The notes: a model not told the origin generated them from the letters alone. Positions 9,330 to 18,294 are shown, counted from the first letter of the stretch. The stretch is 46,355 nt of DNA from a bacterium (GCA_039934135.1 JBDTMT010000001.1:1-46355), one strand, 5' to 3'. Numbers and translations are program-made.

Positions 9330-9388
9330 CTTGAAAACCGGCAGCCCGCAAGGGCTCGGGGGTTCGAATCCCTCCCCCTCCGTTTCTT
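9330..9388. repeat. att-like direct repeat, copy 2 (orphan tRNA-Ser 3' half)
   Basis: Identical 59 bp. Lacks the tRNA 5' half, so it is not a functional tRNA. Confidence 0.9.
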
Positions 9389-9464
9389 TCTTCAATGCGC
9401 CGCCGGTACGGTGCTGCAGGCGTCTGGGTGCACGATGTTGGGCGAGCGGCACGATGCGCGCGGG

Positions 9465-9502
9465 TTGTCGGATCACAAAATTCTGGCTAGAATCTGGCCA
9501 GA
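9465..9502 (+). promoter_or_regulatory. Putative sigma70-type promoter plus tandem palindromic operator of the RelE/ParE-Phd module
   Basis: TTGTCG (9465-70), 17-nt spacer, TAGAAT (9488-93). Two adjacent half-palindromic boxes: TCTGGCTAGA (9482-91) and the perfect palindrome TCTGGCCAGA (9493-9502). These end 1 nt before the ATG at 9503, implying a (near-)leaderless transcript. Confidence 0.5.
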
Positions 9503-9823
9503 ATGCGTTACGAAATCATCCTTGCGCCTCAGGCGGTGGAAGATTTCAAGGCGCTGAAAGCCGCCGATCGCGCGGCAGTTCGGGATTCAATGGAGCAGCA
9601 TCTGCGCCCCGAGCCGGAGAAGACGAGCAAGAGTCGGATCAAGCGGCTGCGTGGCATGCGCCGGCCACAGTACCGACTGCGGGTCGACGACATTCGGATC
9701 TTCTACGACGTAGTCGAGAGACGCGTGGAGGTGTTGGCGATCGTGGCGAAGTCAGAGGCCTCGGCGTGGCTCGTGCGACATGGCGAGCGGGCGACGCCAG
9801 AGGAAGGCGGAGAGAGTACATGA
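9503..9823 (+). CDS. RelE/ParE-family type II toxin
   Basis: 106 aa. MRYEIILAPQAVEDFKALKAADRAAVRDSMEQHL...RIKRLRGMRRPQYRLRVDDIRIFYDVVERRVEVLAIV matches the RelE/ParE fold pattern. The stop overlaps the next start (ATGA). Confidence 0.7.
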   Translation: MRYEIILAPQAVEDFKALKAADRAAVRDSMEQHLRPEPEKTSKSRIKRLRGMRRPQYRLRVDDIRIFYDVVERRVEVLAIVAKSEASAWLVRHGERATPEEGGEST

Positions 9824-10155
9824 AGGAAGTGGCATTGTCGGAGGTGAAGGACGATCTGTCTCGTTACCTGCGCCAGGCAGCCAAGGAGGAGATCCTGATC
9901 ACGCGTCATGGCAAGGCCGCCGGCGTATTGATCGGCTTCGAATCGGAAGACGACTGGTTCGACTACAAGCTGGAGAACGACCCACGGTTCTTTGAGCGCA
10001 TCGCTGCCGCGCGAGCGAGCCTGCTGGCTGGGAAGGGCGTGCGCCTCGAGGATCTCGGCGCCGCAGGACCAGTCGTTCAGGGTGCTGTCCCGGCGCGCGG
10101 CAGGAAGCCTGCCCAGGCTAAGCGCACGGCGGCCCGCGGTGGCCGCACGCGGTAA
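9820..10155 (+). CDS. Phd/YefM-family antitoxin with basic C-terminal tail
   Basis: Start MKEVALSEVKDDLSRYLRQAAKEEILITRHGKAAGVLIGFE (9820), in frame with ORF 9307..10155, whose N-terminal part is spurious because it crosses the att repeat. Confidence 0.7.
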   Translation: MKEVALSEVKDDLSRYLRQAAKEEILITRHGKAAGVLIGFESEDDWFDYKLENDPRFFERIAAARASLLAGKGVRLEDLGAAGPVVQGAVPARGRKPAQAKRTAARGGRTR

Positions 10156-10193
10156 GGTTCGGCGAATCCCGAGGGAATCCACCCCAACCCGTC

Positions 10194-10216
10194 CTGCAAA
10201 TATTCTGCAAATCAAC
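10194..10216. repeat. 23-bp repeat CTGCAAATATTCTGCAAATCAAC, copy 2
   Basis: See 9193-9215. In both places it is followed by GCCGCGG. Confidence 0.7.
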
Positions 10217-10334
10217 GCCGCGGCGCCCCTCGTGCAGCTGTCGGCGGACGTCGATGCGGCCGCGCAGCTCGAGGAGTGCCCCGCCTCTGCCGAATGAGCG
10301 AAAAAGCTCCTTGTCTGATCCCGGCTTGTGACGC

Positions 10335-10502
10335 TAGTGCACCGCCGTCGAGATCGCGTTCATGCAGATTGGCGTCCCTCGGCGTCCCTCGCGGCGTCAC
10401 ACCGCCTCGGAAGATTCCCAATATTCCTGCGTCGGCGTTCCTACCGAGCGACGCCGATGAAACGCCAATCTGCATGAACGCGATCTCGACGGCGGTGCAC
10501 TA
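10335..10502. repeat. Perfect 41-bp inverted repeat flanking an 86-nt spacer (MITE-like element or long hairpin)
   Basis: 10335-10375 TAGTGCACCGCCGTCGAGATCGCGTTCATGCAGATTGGCGT is the exact reverse complement of 10462-10502. The spacer begins with the tandem GGCGTCCCTC GGCGTCCCTC (10371-10390, first unit shared with the arm). Lies in a 650-bp non-coding gap. Confidence 0.8.
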
Positions 10503-10804
10503 GGTCCGTCTCGTGGGCAATCGGGTCGGCGGGACCTGATGCGGACAAGGATTTTGAACTGGCGCGGTCACGGGAGGAGAGGATCTCGCGCGCTATCGCA
10601 AGGCCGGCGGAGCGGGGAACTGCTTCGTCGCCGCGGTCGCCGGCGTCGCTCCCGGCTTTGCAACACGGGGGGTGGAGAAGAGACTCAGCCCTGGCGAGGT
10701 AGGATCAGTTCTCCCAACCCGATGCCGAACGCAGACGGAGGCCGCGATGCCCGCGCACCCCACTCGCAACAGAGAATCTGTGGGTCCCCTTGGTGTCTTG
10801 GTGG

Positions 10805-12130
10805 TCAGTCCTCCTGCTGTTGGCGAAGGACCGCCGAGCCAAGGTCGAAATGGCGCAATGCCACGAGCTCGCGCTGCAACGCGGCGCGAAAATCCGGGTG
10901 GGCGATCGAGATCAGCGCCACGCCGCGCTCACGCAAGCTCTTGCCGTGCAGATTGACGGCGCCGTACTCGGTCACCACCCAATGCACATGGGCGCGCGTC
11001 GTCACCACACCGGCGCCGGCTTTGAGCTCGAACACGATGCGCGACAGGGTTCCCTTGGCCGCCGTGGATGGCAGCGCGATGATCGGCTTGCCGCCGGCTG
11101 AGCGCGCCGCGCCGCGCAAGAAGTCCATCTGACCGCCGACGCCGGAGAAGATGCGATGGCCAATCGAATCGGCGCACACTTGGCCCGAGAGATCGACCTC
11201 CAGCGCCGAGTTGATTGCCACGACCCGATCGTTCTTGGCGATCACTGCCGTATCGTTGGTATGGTCGCACGGATACAGCTCGACCAACTGATTGTCGTCG
11301 ATGAAATCGAACAGGCGGCGCGTGCCGCTGACGAAGCTGGCGACGATGCGACCGGGGTGCACTTTCTTCCTGGCGTTGCTGACCACGCCGCCCAGGGCCA
11401 GCGGGATCAGGCCGTCGGAGAACATTTCGCTGTGCACGCCGAGATCGTGCTTGTTCCCGAGTTGTGCCAGCACCGCGTCGGGAATCGCCCCGATGCCGAG
11501 CTGCAAGCATGAGCCATCCTCGATCAGCCCGGCGATCAGCTCGCCGATCCGTTGCTCGACCGCACTCGCCGCTGCCACCGGTTGCTCAGCCAGCGCCCGA
11601 TCGGTGTGCGTGAATGCCGTCAACCGCGACAGTGGCACGGCTGAGTGACCGTGCGAGCGCGGCATCTGCGCGTTGATCTCCGCCAGTACGGTCGTTGCCG
11701 ACATGACCGCGGCCATCGCCGTGTCGACCGACGTGCCGAGCGTGCACTGGCCGTGGCGGTTCGGCGGCGACAGCTGCACGAGCGCGACATCGAGCGGGAT
11801 CTGCCGCGACAGGAACAGCCCCGGCACGTCGGAGAGGAACACCGGGATGAAGTCGGCACGCCCCTCCGCGACCGCGCCACGCAGGTGCGGCCCGACGAAC
11901 AGCGACACCGAGCGAAAGCGGTGCTGGAGCGCCGCATCGGCAAACGCACAAGGTCCGCTGGTGTGGAGATGGTACAGCGTGACGTTCTCCAGGTCGCCGC
12001 GTGCGCACATCGCCTCGAGCAACACTGCCGGCGTCGCCGCCGCTCCGTGCACGAACACCCGGTCGCCGCTGCGGATCTTCGCGACGACCTCGTCGGGCGT
12101 GCCGGCACGCAATCTCATAGCCTCGTTCAT
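10805..12130 (-). CDS. Acetyl-CoA hydrolase/transferase family protein (4-hydroxybutyrate CoA-transferase-like)
   Basis: 441 aa. N-terminus ...KIRSGDRVFVHGAAATPAVLLEAM...NVTLYHLHTSG and C-terminal GGQMDF, TVVTEYG blocks are typical of the family. Confidence 0.85.
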   Translation of the reverse strand: MNEAMRLRAGTPDEVVAKIRSGDRVFVHGAAATPAVLLEAMCARGDLENVTLYHLHTSGPCAFADAALQHRFRSVSLFVGPHLRGAVAEGRADFIPVFLSDVPGLFLSRQIPLDVALVQLSPPNRHGQCTLGTSVDTAMAAVMSATTVLAEINAQMPRSHGHSAVPLSRLTAFTHTDRALAEQPVAAASAVEQRIGELIAGLIEDGSCLQLGIGAIPDAVLAQLGNKHDLGVHSEMFSDGLIPLALGGVVSNARKKVHPGRIVASFVSGTRRLFDFIDDNQLVELYPCDHTNDTAVIAKNDRVVAINSALEVDLSGQVCADSIGHRIFSGVGGQMDFLRGAARSAGGKPIIALPSTAAKGTLSRIVFELKAGAGVVTTRAHVHWVVTEYGAVNLHGKSLRERGVALISIAHPDFRAALQRELVALRHFDLGSAVLRQQQED

Positions 12131-12410
12131 CCCGTCTCCTGGCGCAGCACAACTCGGACAAGTCGCGGCAAGTCGTGAACTTCGCCCTCGCGCTGCACCG
12201 CCATCGCTCGCGGCGCCGTTAGTGAGGATTCAGGTATTCGCATGCCTTGCCGGCAAAGGCACCGCGGAGCGTTTGCCTATCCCGGAAAAGAACCCGACGG
12301 GTACGTTGGACCGACAGACCCAGATCCTCGCTGCACCCGCCGAGCCAGGACGCAGCGCCGAACGGCGCGATCCTGGCGTGCCACGCCGCGAGCCCGAGGC
12401 TCGCTGCCGA

Positions 12411-12848
12411 TCATCTCGGCGGTAGTACCATCTGTGTGCAGCGACACAGCGCCATGGTTCGACCGCTGGTCTCGTTGGTGACCGTCGCATCCCATACGTG
12501 GGTCTGACGACCGAGATGAAGCGGCGTACAGCGACAGGTCACGCGCTCGCCGACGCGCGCCGACGCCAAGAAGTTGGTCTTCAGCTCGATCGTCGTGAAC
12601 GAGCTGCCGGCGGGAATATTGTTGCCGCAGCCGATTGCGGCGCAGATGTCCGCCAGCGCGATCACCGCGGGTGCGAACAGGAAGCCCGTCCCGGCGATGA
12701 GGTTGGCGGTCACGTCGATGTGTCCGACGACCAGATCCGTGGCCGAATGGTCGAACACGCACCCCAGCTGACCCGGCACGAGTGCCGCGAAGAACTCAGT
12801 CGCGCTGCGCGCCCGCATCGCGGCGTCCGTGTCGTCAGGTTGAGTCAT
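12411..12848 (-). CDS. PaaI-family (hotdog-fold) thioesterase
   Basis: Start MTQPDD (12848). Blocks GHIDVTANLIAGTGFLFAPAVIALADI, FTTIELKTNFLASARVGERV, GRQTHVWDATV resemble the PaaI/4HBT hotdog signature. Confidence 0.75.
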   Translation of the reverse strand: MTQPDDTDAAMRARSATEFFAALVPGQLGCVFDHSATDLVVGHIDVTANLIAGTGFLFAPAVIALADICAAIGCGNNIPAGSSFTTIELKTNFLASARVGERVTCRCTPLHLGRQTHVWDATVTNETSGRTMALCRCTQMVLPPR

Positions 12849-13037
12849 GATGGGTTCCTTCCCTGTCGCGCTGCGGCGGCGACGCCACCCGAGCGTTGCC
12901 TGCCGTTCGCATGGCAGCGCCGTGATTGTGCGGCGAGACCCGCTCCCGAGCACAGACCTGTTCTGTGCAGTTCAACCGCCGTTGCTCCTGATGGCGGCAG
13001 CGTATCAAGAAGTGTCCCGTGGCGGCTCCTCCCGCCA

Positions 13038-14628
13038 TCAGCCGCGCGTGTGGACGCTGACGTGGTACGGCTCGAGCGTGTCGATCGAGTCGGGGCGCTA
13101 TCGACGCCGCGGTGCCAGCGGAAATGCGAGATGGTGATTTGATCGGGCTCGACGTCGAGTAGGTGGAAGCCGTTCAGCTCCTGGATCGGCGTGATGGGCT
13201 CGAGCGCCAGGTGTTGGGCGGGTGTGGCGACCGTGCCGCGCGCAGCGGACGGCCAGCCGACGCCGGTGCCGGGGGTGCCGCTGATGATGCTGACGATGGG
13301 GTTGGCGCGGAAGTCGTTGGCGCCGCTGGCGAGAATATGACCGGAGCCTTGGCCGTGGATGTCGCCGCTGACGAACAGCGGCAGACGCGGCATCGCCGAG
13401 GCGGCGGCAAGCAGGCGGTCGTGCTGCGCCAGAAAGCCGCTCGCCCAGCCTGGCTTCGGCACCTCGGTGGTCAGCGCGCCATCGACCAGCACGTCGGGAT
13501 ACCACTCGGCGTATTTGCCGGCGGTCCAGCCGGGTGGGTTCGACGGCATGTGGATGATCTGCTGTGCGTCGCTCTCGGCCATGCGTGCATGTAACCAGGC
13601 TTCGACGTCATCCGGCACCAGTCCGGCGTCGGCACCGTCGGCCGGGTGCATGAAGCCTTTGCAGTCGTAGAGCAGCGCTTCGAGCAGGTGGCCCCAGCGT
13701 ACGGTGCCGAACGATTCGCTCACGCCTTTCGGGCGGTCGCCGGCGCCAGCGCCCGGCAGCGTCACCGGTCCATACGGATCGGGCAGGAACTCCGGGTAGT
13801 AAAGCCACTGCGTGGCGCGCGCCAGCGCGCGACTGAAGACGTCGGGCGGGAACGTCGTCAGCTCCGGCGTCACCTGGTCGTCTTCAAAGTAGTCGTGATC
13901 GTCGCGCAGGAAGAAGACCGGCGTCGCGCGCAGCATGGTGCCGTAGAGCTCGGCGATCTGACCATCGACGGCACCCGTCAGCACGCCCTCGTTCGCCGTG
14001 CCGAGCACCGGTTGGTTGCGGTCGAAGGTCCCGGCGATGCGCTTGGTGGTCGGCGATTGGCCGAGCAGCACGGCCGAGATGCTGGCGCGCAGATCCCAGT
14101 AGACATGGTCGCCGTTGGCCACCACCACATCCGGCGCGAAGCTGAGGCCGCGCTGCAGCAAGCGCCGCCGTATGGCCAGCGGGACATAGAGGCCAAAGGC
14201 GTCATGGCCGCCGGCGCAGGTGTAGGCCAGGATGGCGCACGTGCTGTGGCCGCGCGTTCGGCGCCGGCAGCGTCGTCAGCAACCACGGCGCGGTGATGGC
14301 GCGGCGGCCGATGCGCAGCACCAGTGTATGGGCGCGTTGCGAGACCAGGTCGCGCGCATCGAAGGCCCAGAAGCGACCGCTGCTATCGGTTGGGATGCCT
14401 CGCAGCGCATGCCCGTCGACGCGCAACTCCGGCGTCGCGTCGGGCGGCGCCTGCAGTGACACCTTGAGGTAGATGCGATCGCTGCTCGCGGTCGCGAGGA
14501 TGTGCGCAACCTCGCCGTCATCGGTCGGCTGCACGACCGTGCCGTCGTCGCCGCAGCCCGACAGGGCCAAAGCCGCGCCGGCGGCGCCGGTGAGACGGAG
14601 AAAGTCGCGCCGCCTCATGCGGCTGGTT
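13038..14628 (-). pseudogene. Tat-exported metallophosphoesterase-like protein, disrupted by two frameshifts
   Basis: N-terminus MRRRDFLRLTGAAGAALALSGC (14628). Frame switches near 14231-14240: ...APNARPQHVR in one frame, then ILAYTCAGGHDAFG...ANGDHVYWD...LRDDHDYFEDD...SGDIHGQG in another. A second shift occurs near the GGGG run at 13092-13095, after which a GC3-rich frame reads SIDTLEPYHVSVHTRG-stop (13038). Confidence 0.6.
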
Positions 14629-14966
14629 GGTACGCTGCTGCGCGGCTTGTCGGGATGGAGAACCGGCACTTGCCTAACAGAGTTACGGCAACAGCCAAGC
14701 GCCGGTCGGCGTTCTGCGCCAGGCTGATCTCGGATCAGCACGAGGAATGCAGGGCCGTTGAAACGGAACGGACGGCGAGTACCGTACTGGCGCGCTGGCC
14801 GCGGGCCGAACGCTTCGGCGGCCGGTCGGGGGAATGCCCCGGACCGGCCGCCGCGCGCGCTGCGACTGGGTCGCCTATACCGCGGGAGCAGTCCGTGCCG
14901 CCCGCAGCGCTTCCACACCCCGGCCGCCGCCCGACGGCAGCGTGATGCCGGCGTGATCCGCGACTG

Positions 14967-15797
14967 GAAGTCGGGGTAGGCCGGGGCACCGTGTTCGCCG
15001 ATGTCGAGGCCTTCCTCTTCCTCCTCTGCCGTGACGCGGATACCGATCGTGGCCTTGAGCGCCAGGAACAAGGCGAAGCCCGTCACCATGCACCAGGCGA
15101 ACACCGCGAACACCCCCACGGCCTGGTGGACGAGGAGCGAGGCGCCGCCGCCGAAGAGCAGGCCGTCGCCAGTCGTGCCAGGGGAGAAGACGTCCTCCGC
15201 GAAGAGGCCGAGCGCCAGCGTGCCGAAGGAACCGCAGACTGCGTGCACCGATACCGTGCCCACCGGATCGTCGACCTTCAGCGTCCGCTCGACGAAGACC
15301 ACCGATAGCACGACGAGGACGCCGGCGCCGATGCCGATGATGATCGAGCTGCCCGCCGACACGAAGGCGCAGGGGGCCGTGATGGCCACCAGTCCGCCGA
15401 GTGCACCGTTCAGCGTCATGCTGGTGTCGGGCTTGCCGAACATGATCCACACGGTGAACATCGCCGCCAAGGCGCCTGCGGCCGCGGCCAGGTTGGTGGT
15501 GACGGCGATGTGCGCGATGGAGATGTTTGCGGCCATCGTGCTGCCCGGGTTGAACCCGAACCATCCGAACCAGAGGATGAACACCCCGAGCGTCGTCAGC
15601 GGGATGTTGTGGCCGAGGATCGGGTTGGGCTTGCCGTCCGCCCGATACTTCCCGAGCCGGGGACCGAGCACCGCGGCGCCGGCGAAGGCCAGCCACCCGC
15701 CCGTGGAGTGGACCACGGTCGAGCCCGCAAAGTCCCACATGCCGAGGCTCGCGAGCCAGCCGCCGCCCCAGATCCAGTGACCGACGACCGGGTAGAT
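14967..15797 (-). pseudogene. amt: Ammonium transporter (Amt/MEP family), 5'-truncated remnant
   Basis: Amt similarity runs from IYPVVGHWIWGGGWLASLGMWDFAGSTVVH through FGWFGFNPGS, VDDPVGTVSVHAVCGSFGTLALG to EGLDIGEHGAPAYPDF. The N-terminal ~130 aa of a normal Amt are absent in all frames. The listed 584-aa ORF is a stop-free chimera running into the next gene. Confidence 0.6.
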
Positions 15798-16160
15798 GAG
15801 GGGAACCCTAGCAAGTCGCTCGCCGGCCAAATCACGCGTGTTTGCGAAGCTCAGGGACCGTTTTGCCGCAGAATTGGGCAATCTGCTGCCCACATACCAG
15901 GCTGCTGCTGGACCGTCCGGCAGTCTCCACGGCACCTCGGAGGACCACCGGGACACCCCGGCGACGCCTGCCGATTCCGATCGTGCCGATCCCTCCTCGC
16001 GCTCAGCGCATAGGCCGCATGAGCCGGCGAATTCACAGATCCGGGGGGTATCGGACGTGCCGTTGCGCGGGCACCCAAATTGCCGGCGACCGTCCTCGTG
16101 CGGGTGCGTGGCGCTGGCAAGGGTTGAAATTAGGCCCTGGCGAGCGGTGCGGACGGGGGT

Positions 16161-16331
16161 GGGCGTGCGGCCAAGATCACCACCAGCGTCGACCGCGTCC
16201 TAGACGTCTTCTACGTCACCGATCGCGGCGGGCGGAAGGTCGACAACGCCGCGCGTCTAACGCTCATTCACGACACGGTGCTCGAGGAGCCGAAGCCGCT
16301 GGAGGACGTGGCGGCGCGCGCGAAGGAGTGA
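16161..16331 (+). pseudogene. glnD: GlnD (PII uridylyltransferase) C-terminal ACT-domain remnant
   Basis: The frame after the stop at 16131 reads GRAAKITTSVDRVLDVFYVTDRGGRKVDNAARLTLIHDTVLEE...AKE-stop. The AKITT...DVFYVTD pattern is the conserved GlnD C-terminal ACT motif. No upstream GlnD sequence is present. Confidence 0.45.
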
Positions 16332-16556
16332 TGCAGAGGCGCGCTGGGAACAGTGTCGGCTCCCGGTTGTCCGTTCCCCGACTGGGAAGAAGCGGTGCTG
16401 GAGGGCGTCGACGCCGCCATGCACGAGCTGTCGTTTTGCCGGTCGCCAGTCATCCGCGCGAGATGGTTCCGGCTGTCCGCCGACCGCGCCTCGACCAGTT
16501 CAGGTCGAGGGCGCGGTCGGGTGGAGCGCGCACGTCTCACGCAGGTACGGGCGTGA

Positions 16557-17666
16557 TCAGCCGCCGCGGATCGCGTTGACGACCTGCGCCGCGTTGATGG
16601 TCTGACCGCCCCACTTCAATGAGCCAAGGATGAAAACCCGATCGTCGCTGCCGAGACCGACGGTGCCGCCCAGGCCGACGTTCACCCACAGTTGGTAGGC
16701 GCCGGGTATGCGGAAGTTGCTCGTCAGTGCACCGCGGAAGCCGTTGCGCGCGCCGCGATCCTCCGGATCCTCGTAGAGGTAGGCGCCGTCGAGCGACACC
16801 GACAGTGTCGGCCGCCCGACCCGCATCCGCACGCCGGCCAGCAGGGTGTCCTGGCGGAAGAAGGTGTCGTCCTTGTCGGGGTCGGGCGTCTCCTCATCGA
16901 GGCGGTAACGTAACCCGAACATCAGTTGGGAGGTCTCCTCCAGCAGTCCCGGCGGCTTCTTCAGTATTTCATTGGCTTCGTCATCGGTCTTCGCATCGCG
17001 CGCTCGGCGCAGCCTGTCGTCGAATCCGTAGGCGAACGTGGACCAGAAGGTCGCGCCGTTCCACTGCGTCGAGCCGTTGGTGCCGTCCTCCTGGATCCAG
17101 GTCGGCGCGGCGCCGATGTCCCAGGCGGTTCGGTTCCAGTTCCGTTGCTTCGCCTCCTTGTGGCAGACCTCAACGTCCGCTTCAGCAGCAACTGCGGCAC
17201 GGCTGACAGCGTCCTGGAACTCTTTGAGGGTGGCGAAGTCGGTGGGGCGTGGAATGACCGACCGCCTCAGGCATCTGCGCAGCAGGATGTCGAGCCGCGG
17301 ATCGCCATAGTCGATCGGCGTCAACTTGAAGCCGAGGGCGAGCTTGAGCGAGGTGTCGTCGCTGTCGGTACCCTTCGTGGTGGCCGCCGACACCTCAAAG
17401 TTCGACGCCAGCTGCTGTGCCAGCGAATCCTCATAGTCCTTGATCGTCAGTTGCTTGCCGCGCAGCAACAGCCACGGAACGGTGTCGAGCGCCAGGCCGG
17501 CCTGGAAGTTGCCGTTCGGATCGAGCCCACTGAGGACGTCGACCGCAACCTGCCGCGGGCTGGCGGGTCGGGTGATCGTCTCCGGCGTGAGGTCGAGGGC
17601 GGTGAAGGCGGGCGATTCCGGCACCGCGAGGTCGAGCTCGGTGAGATCGGCCGGCAACTTATCCAC
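16557..17666 (-). CDS. Hypothetical protein (369 aa), beta-rich, no signal peptide recognised
   Basis: GC3-consistent ORF starting with GTG (17666), overlapping the upstream gene's 3' end by 8 nt (17659-17666). No recognisable family. Alternating strand-like C-terminal half (GAYLYEDPEDRGARNGFRGALTSNFRIPGAYQLWVNVGLGG). Confidence 0.55.
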   Translation of the reverse strand: MDKLPADLTELDLAVPESPAFTALDLTPETITRPASPRQVAVDVLSGLDPNGNFQAGLALDTVPWLLLRGKQLTIKDYEDSLAQQLASNFEVSAATTKGTDSDDTSLKLALGFKLTPIDYGDPRLDILLRRCLRRSVIPRPTDFATLKEFQDAVSRAAVAAEADVEVCHKEAKQRNWNRTAWDIGAAPTWIQEDGTNGSTQWNGATFWSTFAYGFDDRLRRARDAKTDDEANEILKKPPGLLEETSQLMFGLRYRLDEETPDPDKDDTFFRQDTLLAGVRMRVGRPTLSVSLDGAYLYEDPEDRGARNGFRGALTSNFRIPGAYQLWVNVGLGGTVGLGSDDRVFILGSLKWGGQTINAAQVVNAIRGG

Positions 17667-18192
17667 GACCTCGACTGTCCGCTTCGACTGCGCCGCGACG
17701 ACCGCGCTCGAAGCGGACGATCTCCGTGTCGCCCTGGGTCAGCGTCACGCTGAGGAAGAACCGGGCGCCGGGACCGAATTTCAGGGCTTTGATCCACACC
17801 ACCCAGAAGAGCGTGAAACGGTCGATGTCACCGAGGTCGGCGAGCGTCGGGACGAGATTGAACTCGTCTTCGATGTCATCGTCGTTGGTGCTGTGCGCCA
17901 CCTCGCTCGGATTCATGCCGTTCTGATCCCAGAGCGACACGCTGTACTCGCCAAGCTGCAACTGCGTGACTTCGATGCGCATGCGGGGAATCGGCCCCGC
18001 CGCTGACAGGGCGACCTTCCGCTTGTCCTCGCTGCTGTCCGCCGCTGCGGCGCCGGCTTCCAGGTCGCGCGTCCGCGATGCGGCTGGAGCTCCGCTGGAC
18101 CTGCTCTTCTTCGGCCGCGTCTTCTTCGTTGGAGCGGCCGGTTTGCCGGAGGCCGCCTTGCCGCGGCTACTACGCTTCGCCTTACGCGCCAT
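17659..18192 (-). CDS. Hypothetical protein with Lys/Arg/Pro/Ala-rich (histone-H1-like) N-terminal tail
   Basis: Start MARKAKRSSRGKAASGKPAAPTKKTRPKKSR (18192), preceded by GAAGGAGGGG. A C-terminal ~110-aa globular part follows. Translationally coupled to 16557..17666. Confidence 0.55.
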   Translation of the reverse strand: MARKAKRSSRGKAASGKPAAPTKKTRPKKSRSSGAPAASRTRDLEAGAAAADSSEDKRKVALSAAGPIPRMRIEVTQLQLGEYSVSLWDQNGMNPSEVAHSTNDDDIEDEFNLVPTLADLGDIDRFTLFWVVWIKALKFGPGARFFLSVTLTQGDTEIVRFERGRRGAVEADSRGRG

Positions 18193-18294
18193 CTCCCCTC
18201 CTTCGTGGGCGGCGAAGGTTGGGGGTGGCCACGCGACGTTCCCGCTGCTCACCGGCAAGTGGCAGTGGCGCTATCAGTCGAGGAGACGGTGCGG

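Larger units (their letters stand above)
8477..9388. mobile_element. Degenerate tRNA-Ser-associated integrative islet (att-like repeats bracketing brnTA; no integrase present)
   Basis: 59-bp perfect direct repeat (8477-8535 and 9330-9388), consisting of the 3' 53 nt of the tRNA plus 6 nt. The only genes between the copies are the BrnT/BrnA pair. Confidence 0.45.

Noticed and set aside
9307-10155. 282-aa ORF spanning the orphan tRNA repeat, the RelE gene (other frame) and the Phd gene.
   Set aside because: Only the last 111 codons (from MKEV at 9820) have antitoxin character. The upstream part translates the tRNA repeat and overlaps the toxin gene out of frame.
10335-10502. Retron-like msr/msd reading of the 41-bp inverted repeat.
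   Set aside because: No reverse transcriptase gene is adjacent, and the arms are much longer and more perfect than typical retron a1/a2 repeats.
14202-15956. 584-aa ORF that looks like a single large protein.
   Set aside because: It is a stop-free concatenation of the truncated amt remnant, about 330 nt of spacer, and the N-terminus (Tat signal) of the frameshifted phosphoesterase. It is not one gene.
15798-16160. The ~360-bp segment between the amt break and the glnD tail, as a possible IS or integrase remnant.
   Set aside because: No frame gives recognisable transposase or integrase motifs, and no terminal inverted repeats were spotted. Left unassigned.
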